From positions 15,511-79,510 of the forward strand of contig JAEOUH010000029.1 in assembly GCA_016839365.1 (NCBI GenBank): DNA of 64,000 nt, given 5' to 3'. Each line of letters opens with the position of its first letter. Position 1 is the first letter of the stretch. Below, piece after piece: positions 1 through 9,794 of this stretch. The position numbers were made by a program, and so were the translations under genes. A model generated the notes under the pieces. The model was given only the letters and a program-made list of their open reading frames with translations, did not search any database and was not told the DNA's origin. The DNA is from Candidatus Hermodarchaeota archaeon. GTDB lineage: Archaea > Asgardarchaeota > Hermodarchaeia > Hermodarchaeales > Hermodarchaeaceae.

Positions 1-1
1 A

Positions 2-337
2 GAATACCAAGAAGCGGAGAAAGTCGGAGCTGGGCCTGAAATCTTTGTGGGTAACCCTGAAGGGAGTGTCGGTGAAAAGTTTGTCTTCTTTACAGGTGGA
101 ACAAGCCCGGGACCCGAATCGATCCCCAAATTGGCAAGGGCGGGTGTCAGTACCATAATTACAATGCACTGGACCGATGAGCTCAAGAAGGAAACCGAAA
201 AGGAAGGGATTTACGTCGTAATTGCAGGACATTCCAGTTCTGACTCAATTGGTATGAACCTGATTCTTGACGATTTGGAGAAGAAGGGCGTCAAACCTTA
301 TGCTTGCTCTGGATTCTTTCGATATAAGCGAGCCTAA
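2..337 (+). CDS. NIF3-like (NGG1p-interacting factor) protein, 5'-truncated by window edge
   Basis: Frame open from base 2. C-terminal motifs TGGT..G, GVSTIITMH and VVIAGHSSSDSIGMN match the NIF3-like family of anaerobes. Confidence 0.65.
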   Translation, partial: EYQEAEKVGAGPEIFVGNPEGSVGEKFVFFTGGTSPGPESIPKLARAGVSTIITMHWTDELKKETEKEGIYVVIAGHSSSDSIGMNLILDDLEKKGVKPYACSGFFRYKRA

Positions 338-414
338 CCAGAATTTAAGCCTTGAAAGAAAGGAAGGAGCCGGTGAACAAGCTGTCCAACCGGCATGAAT
401 TCACTCGATTCCAG

Positions 415-1647
415 TTACTTTTCTTCGTCGATGGTTTCTAGTTCTTTCCCTTTGGTTTCATAGGGCTTGGTGAGGAATGACAGCAGTGGGAAGACCATGA
501 ACAAGCCAGCTATCACCCAGAAAACAAGCCAATTACCTGGGAAGAATAACAACAGTAGTGCAGCGATAAGTGGAGCCAGAATATAGCCGAGTCGGGATGC
601 TGAAACGGCAATACCGATACTTGAAGACCGTACTTTCGTTGGGAATATCTCAGTAACGTAGGTATAAATCCAAGCTAGGACCATGGCCATGAAGAAGTAG
701 ACACCCCAGAAGAAAGCAGGCATAAAGGTGATACCGAGCCCCACGAAGCAAACAATAGCCCCAATAGTTCCAAGGACAAGTGTGAAGTTTCGTCCCACTT
801 TTTCAAGTAAGATGCCAGAGATTAGTGCACTGATTGGTAACATGAGTCCACCAATGGTGAGGATAGTCCTCCATTGGGTTGGGTCTGGTAACACGGCTGT
901 GAAGAAGACACCGGACCAGGTCGTTCCAAGTTTGAAGGAAATAGTCCACATTAGATAAACTAATGATGCAATACCAACATAGAGGAGGTCTCTGCGGCCC
1001 AGTGACCGAAGGGCTTCTATGACACCGAGTCGCTTCTCGCGTTTTTCATGCGCCTCTTTCCATCGGTAAGTTTCTTGCATAAAGATCCAGAAGACCAGTA
1101 GGATTAGGCCAAAAATACCCATTACACTGTATCCCCATCGCCATCCAAGTGCATCCATGAGCAGGGTGCCAAGGAGTGCATAAAGGGGAATGACGCTGAT
1201 GAGAAAGGCGATGCTGTTGTAGAGTCCACGGCGCTTTGCAGGGGCTTCTTCGGTGATTGGCACTTCCCAAAGGTTCGAGGTTGTGCCCATGATTGCTATG
1301 CTATAGAGCAATATGAAGAGGAAGAAGTTGATCGGGGTCGCGATTGAGGGCACGAATAAGATGAGTAGCGAGGGAAGGCCCATGACGAGAATGAGCGCGA
1401 GTATTCCGATTTTTCGTCCGAAAGAGTCAGCGAACCAGCCAATGAAGAATACTAGAAAGACGATGACGCCAAAGGCGCTTTGCCAAAAGCCAAAGAGCCA
1501 TGGCGTTGCAGCTAAACCAGCTTCTGCCAATATGAACGGGGCAGCGTAACTTTCGATGAGTGAGACCCAGACATCTAACTGGCCCACAAGACCCATGAAG
1601 AGGACGAGAAAGAACATGTATTTGCCAGAACGTTTCATTTCTGCCAT
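415..1647 (-). CDS. MFS transporter
   Basis: About 12 hydrophobic segments; motif A (GWFADSFGRK, repeated as LLEKVGR), EEAPAKRRG, EIFPTKVRS, C-terminal PYETKGKEL. Confidence 0.9.
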   Translation of the reverse strand: MAEMKRSGKYMFFLVLFMGLVGQLDVWVSLIESYAAPFILAEAGLAATPWLFGFWQSAFGVIVFLVFFIGWFADSFGRKIGILALILVMGLPSLLILFVPSIATPINFFLFILLYSIAIMGTTSNLWEVPITEEAPAKRRGLYNSIAFLISVIPLYALLGTLLMDALGWRWGYSVMGIFGLILLVFWIFMQETYRWKEAHEKREKRLGVIEALRSLGRRDLLYVGIASLVYLMWTISFKLGTTWSGVFFTAVLPDPTQWRTILTIGGLMLPISALISGILLEKVGRNFTLVLGTIGAIVCFVGLGITFMPAFFWGVYFFMAMVLAWIYTYVTEIFPTKVRSSSIGIAVSASRLGYILAPLIAALLLLFFPGNWLVFWVIAGLFMVFPLLSFLTKPYETKGKELETIDEEK

Positions 1648-1860
1648 TTTTGGTGCCTCGTAAACCCCTTCTAAGCGTGGTCTTGTTATTTAAACACACT
1701 ATGTGACAGTCTTTTCCACTGGTTTTACGAAAGATACCTAAAAACACCCAAGGTGTTCTGTTTTTTGAACAGTGGTCGGTTGGCTGTTCAAACCCTTAGG
1801 ATATTATGTTAGGCTTGACCAATATGGAGTATACAGATTTTGCAACCGAAGTGGTTAACT

Positions 1861-2343
1861 ATGCAAAGGAAAAGTAAGCTCATTGTCACAGTTGTTTTGG
1901 TTGCAGTTGTTACCACGAGCATTCTTGCCGTAGGTTTGATATCTTATATGAATCAGCCCAGCCTCATCCTGACCGGTACCCTTTACTTTAATGATTCAGG
2001 GGATCACCATGGCGGTTTTGAAATGGCTATGCAATGGAATATCACGTTATTCCTCAAGGAGGATTTGGGACGACTCATTGTCACACCAGAACCTGGTTAC
2101 ATGTGTAATGATGTATTGCTAAAGTGGAGTTATAGCATCGTCGGATTCCAAATGTCGGAGCAGAATATTGTCATGGCAATCGATGGTCATTCGGTCGTCT
2201 TAGAATTTGTCGAAAATGAGACGATATGGAATAGATATCATAACCATTACATCAGTGCAACACCTGATCTATCCCCAACCATTTTCCCTGGATTCCTGAG
2301 CCATTACTATGTCGAATTGCGTCTAGCTCAGATTCCTCTATAG
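1861..2343 (+). CDS. Hypothetical membrane-anchored/secreted protein
   Basis: Basic N-terminus plus one hydrophobic helix, then a beta-rich domain with N-x-S/T sequons. ATG 1861 preferred over TTG 1840. Confidence 0.6.
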   Translation: MQRKSKLIVTVVLVAVVTTSILAVGLISYMNQPSLILTGTLYFNDSGDHHGGFEMAMQWNITLFLKEDLGRLIVTPEPGYMCNDVLLKWSYSIVGFQMSEQNIVMAIDGHSVVLEFVENETIWNRYHNHYISATPDLSPTIFPGFLSHYYVELRLAQIPL

Positions 2344-2539
2344 GAACCGGAGTAGCTGTGATGTGACTCGGAATATTAGGTTCCTATATCAGCAAGTAGA
2401 AACATCCGCGAAACCCAAGATTAGCTAAGCCACTCGTGTATTAGGAAATCATCCATTAAGGCATCAAAAGAAATTCCAATAGGTGTTATCACTATCTAAG
2501 TAGATTACGTGTGGTGCGGAATTTTGAGAGGAGTATCCT

Positions 2540-3040
2540 CTATAATTTAGATCCACAACGCCAGCAAAATCGATCGTCGCCAACGATTTCGGCACTACAG
2601 CTGGGACACCGGGTCACTACGCGTACGGTCGAACGTCCCATAGGTGGCACCGTTGTAGGTATATAACCCGTATATTCTGATGGTGTTGGGACAAGTGCGC
2701 CGGCAATGAGTACGAGAAGTCCTGGAACAAAGCCGATTGAGAACACTAAGGCGAGAATCCCGGAAACAATTAATCCAGTCTTATGCTGAGCAGGGAAGTG
2801 TCGCCAATTGAGCCAGAGTACTCCAAAGATCAGCCCGATTACCCCGAAGATTCCGAAGAGAAGAAGCGGGATTAACATGATCCACATGGGAGTATACATC
2901 ATGAAGTAGGGGTCGTACATCAACGGCCAAAGTATGAAGCTGAATGCCACAACACCAAGGACAATGAAGATCATACTGAAAACAATTTGAAGGATTCCTG
3001 CAACAAGAGTTAATGTTGAAGCAGTTTGTGCATCAGCCAT
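2540..3040 (-). CDS. Membrane protein with C-terminal zinc ribbon
   Basis: 3-4 TM helices followed by CPSC...FCWRCG. Confidence 0.8.
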   Translation of the reverse strand: MADAQTASTLTLVAGILQIVFSMIFIVLGVVAFSFILWPLMYDPYFMMYTPMWIMLIPLLLFGIFGVIGLIFGVLWLNWRHFPAQHKTGLIVSGILALVFSIGFVPGLLVLIAGALVPTPSEYTGYIPTTVPPMGRSTVRVVTRCPSCSAEIVGDDRFCWRCGSKL

Positions 3041-3116
3041 TCACATAACATCTCCAATGAAGAGAAACTATTGAGTTCTACTAAATACGTCCTTTTTAGT
3101 TATTGGAATGGGACAC

Positions 3117-3998
3117 TCATTTTTGTAGACTAAGAAAGGGTCGCCGTTTCTCAAACAGCACTAGCGAACTAGCAAATGTGCCCCTTTTCAATCCGGGAAT
3201 CTCCCCACCCGCTTGAAATGGTGGGGAATGAAAACACAGCATGCCCTCAGCCTGCTCCTCCTTTGCTACTTGAAGCTGATGCGAGAGTGCTGAATAGAAT
3301 GAAGGGACATCTAATGCGTAAATCGTTGAAGCCCACATTGGCGCATCGTGGAAGATCTGACTATAACCGAAGGCCAACGCCCCTCCTTGACCCGTTTCTT
3401 CGGTTCTCCAGAACCGAAACTTGTTGCTCAATGACGAGAAGAGCTCCCTGGTTAAATCGAACGCATGCCAATAGTAGACAACAATACCATCAGTAGTTAG
3501 ATCTGGATTAGCATTAAGAAAGTCGTAGGCTTCATCCGAGTTGCACGCTCGAATGGGAACAGAGTCGTCCTTCCATCGTATTCCCCGATAGTTCCCCTTC
3601 CAAAAAAGTTTCATTTGTAGGACTTGGTGCATTCCAATCTGGGTTGCGATTTGGCGGGTAGCCTCGTTTTCAATGGCAGTAGTGAGTCGTACTCGATTGA
3701 GATTTCGTGCCTCAGCTTCAGCCAACAGGTGCTGCGTCATTGCCCAAGCGAAGCCCCTCTTTCGGTACCGGAAATGAACACGCATATGCTCTAGCCAGCC
3801 AGTCTTTCCCCCATCGATGACATTGAGGTTCGCAAAGGCGACAATACGACCCTTGTATTCGATAACATAAAGGAAAGAATTCGGATTTGCTATAAGTTCA
3901 TCTAGTTCGTAGGGGAGTTGATCATAGCCTCCCCACGTACGCCTAGAAATTTCTAAGATGGCGGGGATATCTGATAATTGGTACTCACGGATGTCCAT
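3117..3998 (-). CDS. GNAT family N-acetyltransferase
   Basis: Acetyl-CoA motif A (MRVHFRYRKRGFA) and motif B (NEATRQIATQIGM). Confidence 0.85.
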   Translation of the reverse strand: MDIREYQLSDIPAILEISRRTWGGYDQLPYELDELIANPNSFLYVIEYKGRIVAFANLNVIDGGKTGWLEHMRVHFRYRKRGFAWAMTQHLLAEAEARNLNRVRLTTAIENEATRQIATQIGMHQVLQMKLFWKGNYRGIRWKDDSVPIRACNSDEAYDFLNANPDLTTDGIVVYYWHAFDLTRELFSSLSNKFRFWRTEETGQGGALAFGYSQIFHDAPMWASTIYALDVPSFYSALSHQLQVAKEEQAEGMLCFHSPPFQAGGEIPGLKRGTFASSLVLFEKRRPFLSLQK

Positions 3999-4041
3999 CG
4001 TCGTTCTGACCGACCCTGACGATATTTCTTCAACCTAACCA

Positions 4042-4599
4042 TTATGCTCGAGCTTTTTGGGCAAGCTCTTTAGCCCATTTTCGAATGGCATCCCAATCCC
4101 GAGTATCATAGATTCCGTTTTCCCCTTTGATACCCACAGCTTCTAGTTCTTCAATGAAGAACTTGGCCATTCTCTTATCCAGCCACCCCATATTCTCCGG
4201 GTTCACCCAACCTCCGAAAATTGCCATCGCAATCGGGTTCAATTCATACTTCGTAATTTCTTCGACAAGATATTTAGTCCACGCCTCCTCCAATTTCTCC
4301 TGTTCGCCCTTGTGCTCGTGGAGCAGCTGGGCAGCCGAGGAAACAAAGACAGCTACCTTCTTACTCGCTAGCTCTTTAGCAAACCTGCGTAGGAATCCTT
4401 TAGCTTCTGATGTCCACCCCGTGAACTTCATTCCGTTACCAATGATAATCAATTCGTATTCTTTGATATCTCGGATCTTGTCTTTCTTGGCATCGACCAC
4501 TTTGACCTCAAAGCCTTCTTCTCGAAGGACTTTGCTGATTTCTTCAGACGTTCCCGCAGTAGCGCCATATCGCGTTCCATACACAATCAGCGTTTTCAA
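4042..4599 (-). CDS. Flavodoxin-domain protein (HemG-like)
   Basis: KTLIVYGTRYGAT FMN-binding loop and C-terminal DTRDWDAIRKWA. TTG start at 4599 inferred. Confidence 0.85.
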   Translation of the reverse strand: MKTLIVYGTRYGATAGTSEEISKVLREEGFEVKVVDAKKDKIRDIKEYELIIIGNGMKFTGWTSEAKGFLRRFAKELASKKVAVFVSSAAQLLHEHKGEQEKLEEAWTKYLVEEITKYELNPIAMAIFGGWVNPENMGWLDKRMAKFFIEELEAVGIKGENGIYDTRDWDAIRKWAKELAQKARA

Positions 4600-4685
4600 T
4601 TTGAGATACCACACTTGATGGTCATTTGATACATCGATTTAAGTCATTATCTTCCCTAACAATTGAAGTATATTCTTCACTTCGG

Positions 4686-5873
4686 TTAACTTTTAGGAAA
4701 AGCCTTGAACCCCTTTACCACGAAAAACAAGCTAAAAGATATTAGAATAATACCTGTCACTAAAAACAATGTCGCAAATGGGGTATAAGCGCCAGCATGC
4801 GTCTCCCGAATTTCCACCGGATGATAACTAGTCTGCAACCAACACCGAAATGAGGAATCCGTGGTTTCACGAAGCACCTCAACAACTGTGTCCCCAGAAG
4901 CGTCTAATACAAAGTCCTGGAAATTCGGGTAGTTGGAGTCCACATTATTCCATGTATAATTCACCAATCCATCCGGTGTATAGGCACGGATAGTCACCGA
5001 TGAAAACGTTACATGAAATCCATATAGTCCTACTTCACAAGGTTGAAGGCCATGGAACGGAAACGCCACAACGGGTTCAGCCAGAGTAACTGTCCCAGCG
5101 AATTCTCCGAAGTTGTTGTATTCCGGTGGTTCGAAATACAGAAAATGGTGGGGACAAACCACCGAAGGAAAACTCAAACAAAGTAGCAGCAAGCCTAGCG
5201 TACAAAACACCAACACTTGATTCCAATATCGGGACGAGGACTCCCGTTTCTGACCCCAGAAAAGCTCCAACCCTGCGACGAGTAGAACCACACCAATAAT
5301 GGCGGGAAGAAATGTGCCCCACCAAGGATATGAGGGCGGAGACAGAGGGAATGGATCCCTGATACCCCAAACAAGGACCCAACCTGAAAAGCTTGTATTG
5401 AACCCCTGATATCGAATAATAAGAACATGTGGGGGAGGATTGTGAACCCAGAATGTTTGCCCAACTGGCTCGGAACTATCATTATAAAAGGGCCACACTG
5501 TCGATTCAGCCCCATTGGATGATAACACAAGTAAAATGGGCGTCCCATTGGTGTAGAATTCCCGGACGAACACATTTGCATCATATAATGACCAATCTCC
5601 CAATTCCATACGGTATTCTTGGTTACTGATGGAGACCACTCCACTAATAGGTCGGATTAATTCGTATGTATGCCCCCAGGCATATTGCGGGCTTCCATGT
5701 GAAACATGGTAAATGGGATACACCAAACCAAACGCAATCAAAAGACACCCAATGGAAGTGATAGCAACTGCCCGAAGAAACCGGATCCGTGCATCTTTAG
5801 TGCCCACTTCGAACCACCCCAGGATAACAATAATGTTCGCAATTATAATATGAACTGTTGTAGACAGGAACAC
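4686..5873 (-). CDS. Hypothetical membrane protein with two tandem TM/beta-domain/TM units
   Basis: Hydrophobic helices flank two beta-rich segments with internal similarity. Start uncertain. Confidence 0.6.
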   Translation of the reverse strand: MFLSTTVHIIIANIIVILGWFEVGTKDARIRFLRAVAITSIGCLLIAFGLVYPIYHVSHGSPQYAWGHTYELIRPISGVVSISNQEYRMELGDWSLYDANVFVREFYTNGTPILLVLSSNGAESTVWPFYNDSSEPVGQTFWVHNPPPHVLIIRYQGFNTSFSGWVLVWGIRDPFPLSPPSYPWWGTFLPAIIGVVLLVAGLELFWGQKRESSSRYWNQVLVFCTLGLLLLCLSFPSVVCPHHFLYFEPPEYNNFGEFAGTVTLAEPVVAFPFHGLQPCEVGLYGFHVTFSSVTIRAYTPDGLVNYTWNNVDSNYPNFQDFVLDASGDTVVEVLRETTDSSFRCWLQTSYHPVEIRETHAGAYTPFATLFLVTGIILISFSLFFVVKGFKAFPKS

Positions 5874-5955
5874 TATATCTTGTCAAATGTATCTGAACAG
5901 GGATAAACAAAAGGCAACGGTTCTACACATTTGAGGCTTATGGTGAGGAATTAAC

Positions 5956-6459
5956 GTGAGTGCGAAACCACAAAAAAAGAAACAAAAATTCTCACTTGCA
6001 CATTACAGAAAAGACAAACGAATTGTAGAGCTTGTGAAAGAAACCGACCAAAAAACATTGGCAGTCTGGGCAATTGATTGCGCTGAGCGTGTTTTACCAT
6101 ATTTTCAAGAAGAATACCCAGAAGACCATCGACCACAAAAAGCCATTGAAACGCTAAAAACCTGGATAAAGACCGGAGTGTTCAAGATGGCTGTTATTCG
6201 CAGGGCATCTCTTGATGCTCATGCCGCTGCCCGTGAAGTAGGGAAAGATAGTGCAGCCCGCTCTGCAGCCCGTGCCGCAGGTCAAGCAGTCGCAACCGCA
6301 CATGTCCCAACCCATTCTATCGGATCAGCAATATATGCCTTACAAGCTGTCCACAGGGCCACAAACGCCGCTAATATACAAACAGCCACAGCTGAAGAAC
6401 GAGAATGGCAATACCAACACTTACTCAAACTAAAAAAAGATAACGTCGAAATTCGGTAA
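5956..6459 (+). CDS. Imm5-like (putative immunity) protein
   Basis: LAVWAIDCAERVLPYF...PEDHRP..AI and AHAAAR...AARAAGQAVATAHV are typical of the family. Confidence 0.75.
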   Translation: MSAKPQKKKQKFSLAHYRKDKRIVELVKETDQKTLAVWAIDCAERVLPYFQEEYPEDHRPQKAIETLKTWIKTGVFKMAVIRRASLDAHAAAREVGKDSAARSAARAAGQAVATAHVPTHSIGSAIYALQAVHRATNAANIQTATAEEREWQYQHLLKLKKDNVEIR

Positions 6460-6464
6460 CTTCG

Positions 6465-7445
6465 CTACATTTCAGTCAATCGCTTGATGAACTCCCAATC
6501 CTCATCCACGAGATTTTGGAAATCCTGAATCAAATCATCGCGACGTGTCGGACGAAAGAGATGTCGGAAACGTCCTTGCGGTTCCAGCCACTCCTCAATC
6601 GGCTTCTTCTTCGATGGATCCTTAACAAATTGCATACTCGGTGCAGACATCGTATAGGTCCGAGTTTCGCCATCATACTCCCACAACGGATTGAAACAGG
6701 TTTCCACGGCGAGCTTTGCCATTTTCATACCGAGTTCTTCGGGATATCGCCAGTTCCGATGACATGGAGCTAGTACAACAATCACTGCAGGACCTTGTTT
6801 TTCCATGCCCTTCCGAACTTTCATCATGAAATCACGCCAATGGTACACCGAAGCGGTTGCACAGTATTCAGGATCATGAGCTGCATAGACTAACGCAATT
6901 GGCTTCTTCCAAGTGGGTTTTCCAGGAACAGCTTTTCCAACTTCACTAGTAGTCGTCCATGCATATTTTGGAGTAGCTCCGGACCGCTGAATGCCAGTAT
7001 TCTGATATGCCTGATTGTCGTAGATAATGTAAAGGAAGTTGTGGCGTCGTTCGATGGCCCCGCTGGCGGCTTGAACGCCGATATCGAAGCCGCTGCCATC
7101 CCCACTGAAGACGAGGAGATCGGGGATGTCGTCTTCGAGGCCTTGGCGTTTACGGGCTTTGTAGGCGGCTTCGATTCCACTGGCGTTGGCAGGAGCGTTT
7201 TCGAAGAGGCTATGCATCCAAGGGACACGCCACGCAGTGTACGGGTAAATTGTGGAAGCGACTTCGAGGCAACCAGTGGCTTGGCTGACGATGGTGTTTT
7301 TAGGTCTCGGGAGAGCGTGCATGGCCATGCGGGCCATAGAGCCAGCAGGACAGCCTGCGCAAAGGCGTTGACCGCTGGTAAAGAGTTCTTCTTGGTCGGC
7401 AATGTCCTTGAGCTTGGGTCGCCATTGTGGAGTTTCTTGGGTCAT
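6465..7445 (-). CDS. porB: Pyruvate/2-oxoacid:ferredoxin oxidoreductase beta subunit
   Basis: CAGC, ATGCLEV, SLFENA, TPP motif GDG...DNQAYQNTGIQRSGATP, LAPC. Confidence 0.93.
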   Translation of the reverse strand: MTQETPQWRPKLKDIADQEELFTSGQRLCAGCPAGSMARMAMHALPRPKNTIVSQATGCLEVASTIYPYTAWRVPWMHSLFENAPANASGIEAAYKARKRQGLEDDIPDLLVFSGDGSGFDIGVQAASGAIERRHNFLYIIYDNQAYQNTGIQRSGATPKYAWTTTSEVGKAVPGKPTWKKPIALVYAAHDPEYCATASVYHWRDFMMKVRKGMEKQGPAVIVVLAPCHRNWRYPEELGMKMAKLAVETCFNPLWEYDGETRTYTMSAPSMQFVKDPSKKKPIEEWLEPQGRFRHLFRPTRRDDLIQDFQNLVDEDWEFIKRLTEM

Positions 7446-7460
7446 CTTGTTTTCCTCCTG

Positions 7461-8696
7461 TTATTTCCTTACGGTTATGTATTTGATGGGATTTCGCGGG
7501 GATTTACCCGTGTCCTTGATTTTGAGGAGCTCCTTGTAGATGGTGCGGAAGTGGTCTGGAGTGACGTCGCGCCCGCCGAGGCCACCATAATAGCCTAGGA
7601 TTGTTGGGCGGGTGTCGAGGTCATAGAGAGCGCTGCGTACTTCATTGAAGAGGGGGCCACCGAGGCTGCCTGTGGTGTGAGTGCGCTCAAATATCCCGAC
7701 AACAGGGACGTCTGCAAGGAGTTTAGCGATTTTCTTATCAGGGAAAGGGCGGAATGTCCGCAGCTTCAGGAGTCCTACTTTTTTGCCTTGAGCACGAAGT
7801 TGGCGGGTGACGAAGCGCGCTGTCCCTGCTGAGCTTCCAGTGGTGAGGATGACAGCATCGGCATCGGTGACTTTGAAGGGTTGGAGGTAACCGTCACCAT
7901 ATTTACGTCCGGTAAGTTGAGCCCATTCGTTATTAATTTGGGTGACGACCGGACGGGCTTTTTCCATGGCTTCACTGTGTTGAAGCTTGGATTCCATGTA
8001 GTAGTCGAACAGTTGGAGGGGCCCGATGGTGATCGGGGTTTTGGGATCGAGTTTGAGGGGGACCTGTTTCCCATCGATGGTGATCATCATGGGTTGGCGG
8101 CGTCCAACGAATTTGTGAGCGTCTGCGTCCTTCAGAAGATAGACGTTTTCCAGGGTGTGGGTTAGAACGAAGCCGTCGAGCATAGTCATGACGGGGAGTT
8201 GGACGTCTGGGTGCTCCCCGATTCGGAAAGCCTGTAGGGTTGAGTCGTAGGCCTCCTGGGAGTTTTCGCAGTATATCATAATCCAGCCTGTGTCGCGTTG
8301 GGCGAGGGAGACGGTTTGGTCGCCGTGGATATTGATTGGGCCACTCGGGGACCGGTCGGCGACAGCCATAACGACAGGTTGACGAATGGAGGAGGTGAGG
8401 AAGATGACTTCGTGCATGAGCTCGATGCCATTAGCGGCGCTTGCGGTGAAGGTGCGGGCACCAGCCGCGGAGGCGCCTAGACAGGCGCTGAGGGCGCTGT
8501 GTTCGGATTCAACACGAACGAATTCAGTTTCGACTTCACCATTGGCTACAAACTCGGCAAATTTCTCAACGATGATGGTTTGGGGGGTAATCGGGTAGGC
8601 GGCACAAACATCGACGAGCGCGTGTTTAGCGGCGTAGGCAACGGCTTCGTCACCATTGATCCCCATAAGAATCTGTTTGGCAGGCATCGGTTTCAT
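7461..8696 (-). CDS. porA: Pyruvate/2-oxoacid:ferredoxin oxidoreductase alpha subunit
   Basis: AAYPITPQT, VESEHSA, DGFVLTHT, GLGGRD. Confidence 0.93.
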   Translation of the reverse strand: MKPMPAKQILMGINGDEAVAYAAKHALVDVCAAYPITPQTIIVEKFAEFVANGEVETEFVRVESEHSALSACLGASAAGARTFTASAANGIELMHEVIFLTSSIRQPVVMAVADRSPSGPINIHGDQTVSLAQRDTGWIMIYCENSQEAYDSTLQAFRIGEHPDVQLPVMTMLDGFVLTHTLENVYLLKDADAHKFVGRRQPMMITIDGKQVPLKLDPKTPITIGPLQLFDYYMESKLQHSEAMEKARPVVTQINNEWAQLTGRKYGDGYLQPFKVTDADAVILTTGSSAGTARFVTRQLRAQGKKVGLLKLRTFRPFPDKKIAKLLADVPVVGIFERTHTTGSLGGPLFNEVRSALYDLDTRPTILGYYGGLGGRDVTPDHFRTIYKELLKIKDTGKSPRNPIKYITVRK

Positions 8697-8965
8697 TCAT
8701 CCTCCATATCGATGCATTTGACTGGGCACTCTTCGGCGCAGATGCCACAGCCTTTGCAGTAGTTCATATCAAATTGAATGTTTTTTCCGTCCCAACTGAT
8801 GGCGGCATCTGGGCAGAAGATCCAACATATGAGGCAGCGTGTGCATTTTTCGTCATCACGAACTGGACGTTTACTGCGCCAATCCCCGGTTTTGTATTCG
8901 GTGGCCGATTTCCACGTGACCCCAGCTGGGGGGATGTCTTTAGATCCAGGTAGTTTCTGAGTCAT
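8693..8965 (-). CDS. porD: Pyruvate/2-oxoacid:ferredoxin oxidoreductase delta subunit (2x[4Fe-4S])
   Basis: YKTGDWRS..P; CTRCLICWIFCP and CKGCGICAEECP. ATGA overlaps with both neighbours. Confidence 0.93.
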   Translation of the reverse strand: MTQKLPGSKDIPPAGVTWKSATEYKTGDWRSKRPVRDDEKCTRCLICWIFCPDAAISWDGKNIQFDMNYCKGCGICAEECPVKCIDMEDE

Positions 8966-9528
8966 GTTTTTTCCACCTCATCATGCGCCCGTTTAATGAC
9001 AATCACATTTCGTTCTCCGATACGTTCTCCAAACTGGTTGGTAACCTCGGTGAAGAGGCTTTCAAGTTTTACCAGGTTCGTAGCTCGAACTAATGCCCCG
9101 AGCATGGCGGTGTTGGCGATTGGGCGACCAATGACTTCGCGGGCAAGGTCTGTGGCTGCAATTGTCCAGACTTCACCTTGAAATCCCAGTGCGTTAGCTA
9201 CTGCTTTGCCGTCTTCGCGTGTATTCACAATGAGTTTAGTTTTCTTGTTCGTACCAGCAACGATAGTGTCTGGAACTTGGGCGAGAAGTGTTGGATCAAT
9301 GACCACAACATAATCGGGTTCGTAAACCTTGCTATGGAGTTCGATTTCTTCGTTGCTTATTCGGGCAAAGGCTTCAACCGGTGCTCCGCTCCTTTCGGGA
9401 CCGAAAAATGGGAAAGATTGAGCGTGTTTACCTTCTGTGATGGCCGCGCGCGCAAGGAGGATAGAGGCAGTCCATGCCCCTTGACCTCCACGACCATGAA
9501 ACCGAAGGTCAATGATTTGTTCCGTCAT
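8962..9528 (-). CDS. porC: Pyruvate/2-oxoacid:ferredoxin oxidoreductase gamma subunit
   Basis: RFHGRGGQG, FPFFGPERSGAPV, NTAMLGA. ATG 9528 preferred. Confidence 0.93.
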   Translation of the reverse strand: MTEQIIDLRFHGRGGQGAWTASILLARAAITEGKHAQSFPFFGPERSGAPVEAFARISNEEIELHSKVYEPDYVVVIDPTLLAQVPDTIVAGTNKKTKLIVNTREDGKAVANALGFQGEVWTIAATDLAREVIGRPIANTAMLGALVRATNLVKLESLFTEVTNQFGERIGERNVIVIKRAHDEVEKT

Positions 9529-9668
9529 AAGAATCGTCACCCAGAGTGAACGTAGGAGTGAAATTTGCTTCGATGGAGAGCCTCAAGTCTTTTATGCTTT
9601 GCTAATCTCGAAGAAAATACGACACTCATGCAAGGAAGAGCGGCTTGTTCGTTGTTCTGAAACACCAG

Positions 9669-9707
9669 AATACCGAGTTTAAATACCGAAAGGTTTAGAA
9701 GCTTCTA
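9669..9707 (+). promoter_or_regulatory. TATA-like box embedded in a direct repeat, followed by a 12-bp palindrome (candidate operator)
   Basis: AATACCGA occurs twice around TTTAAATA (9678-9685). Perfect palindrome TAGAAGCTTCTA at 9696-9707, in the divergent por/9795 intergenic region. Confidence 0.35.
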
Positions 9708-9794
9708 GGCGTTTGTGAAGGCTGTTTACTCGGAGTTATCTTCGAAAGACGGGTGAAGTGCCGCGTTTTACTGGGTAGCGTTGGGTGACAGATC

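Noticed and set aside
5956-6459. Toxin-immunity locus
   Set aside because: The Imm5-like gene is an orphan with no adjacent toxin; such orphans are common.
6516-9549. Many antisense/overlapping ORFs over por genes (and similarly over argS and the MFS genes)
   Set aside because: Shadow ORFs explained by codon bias of the real genes; no motifs.
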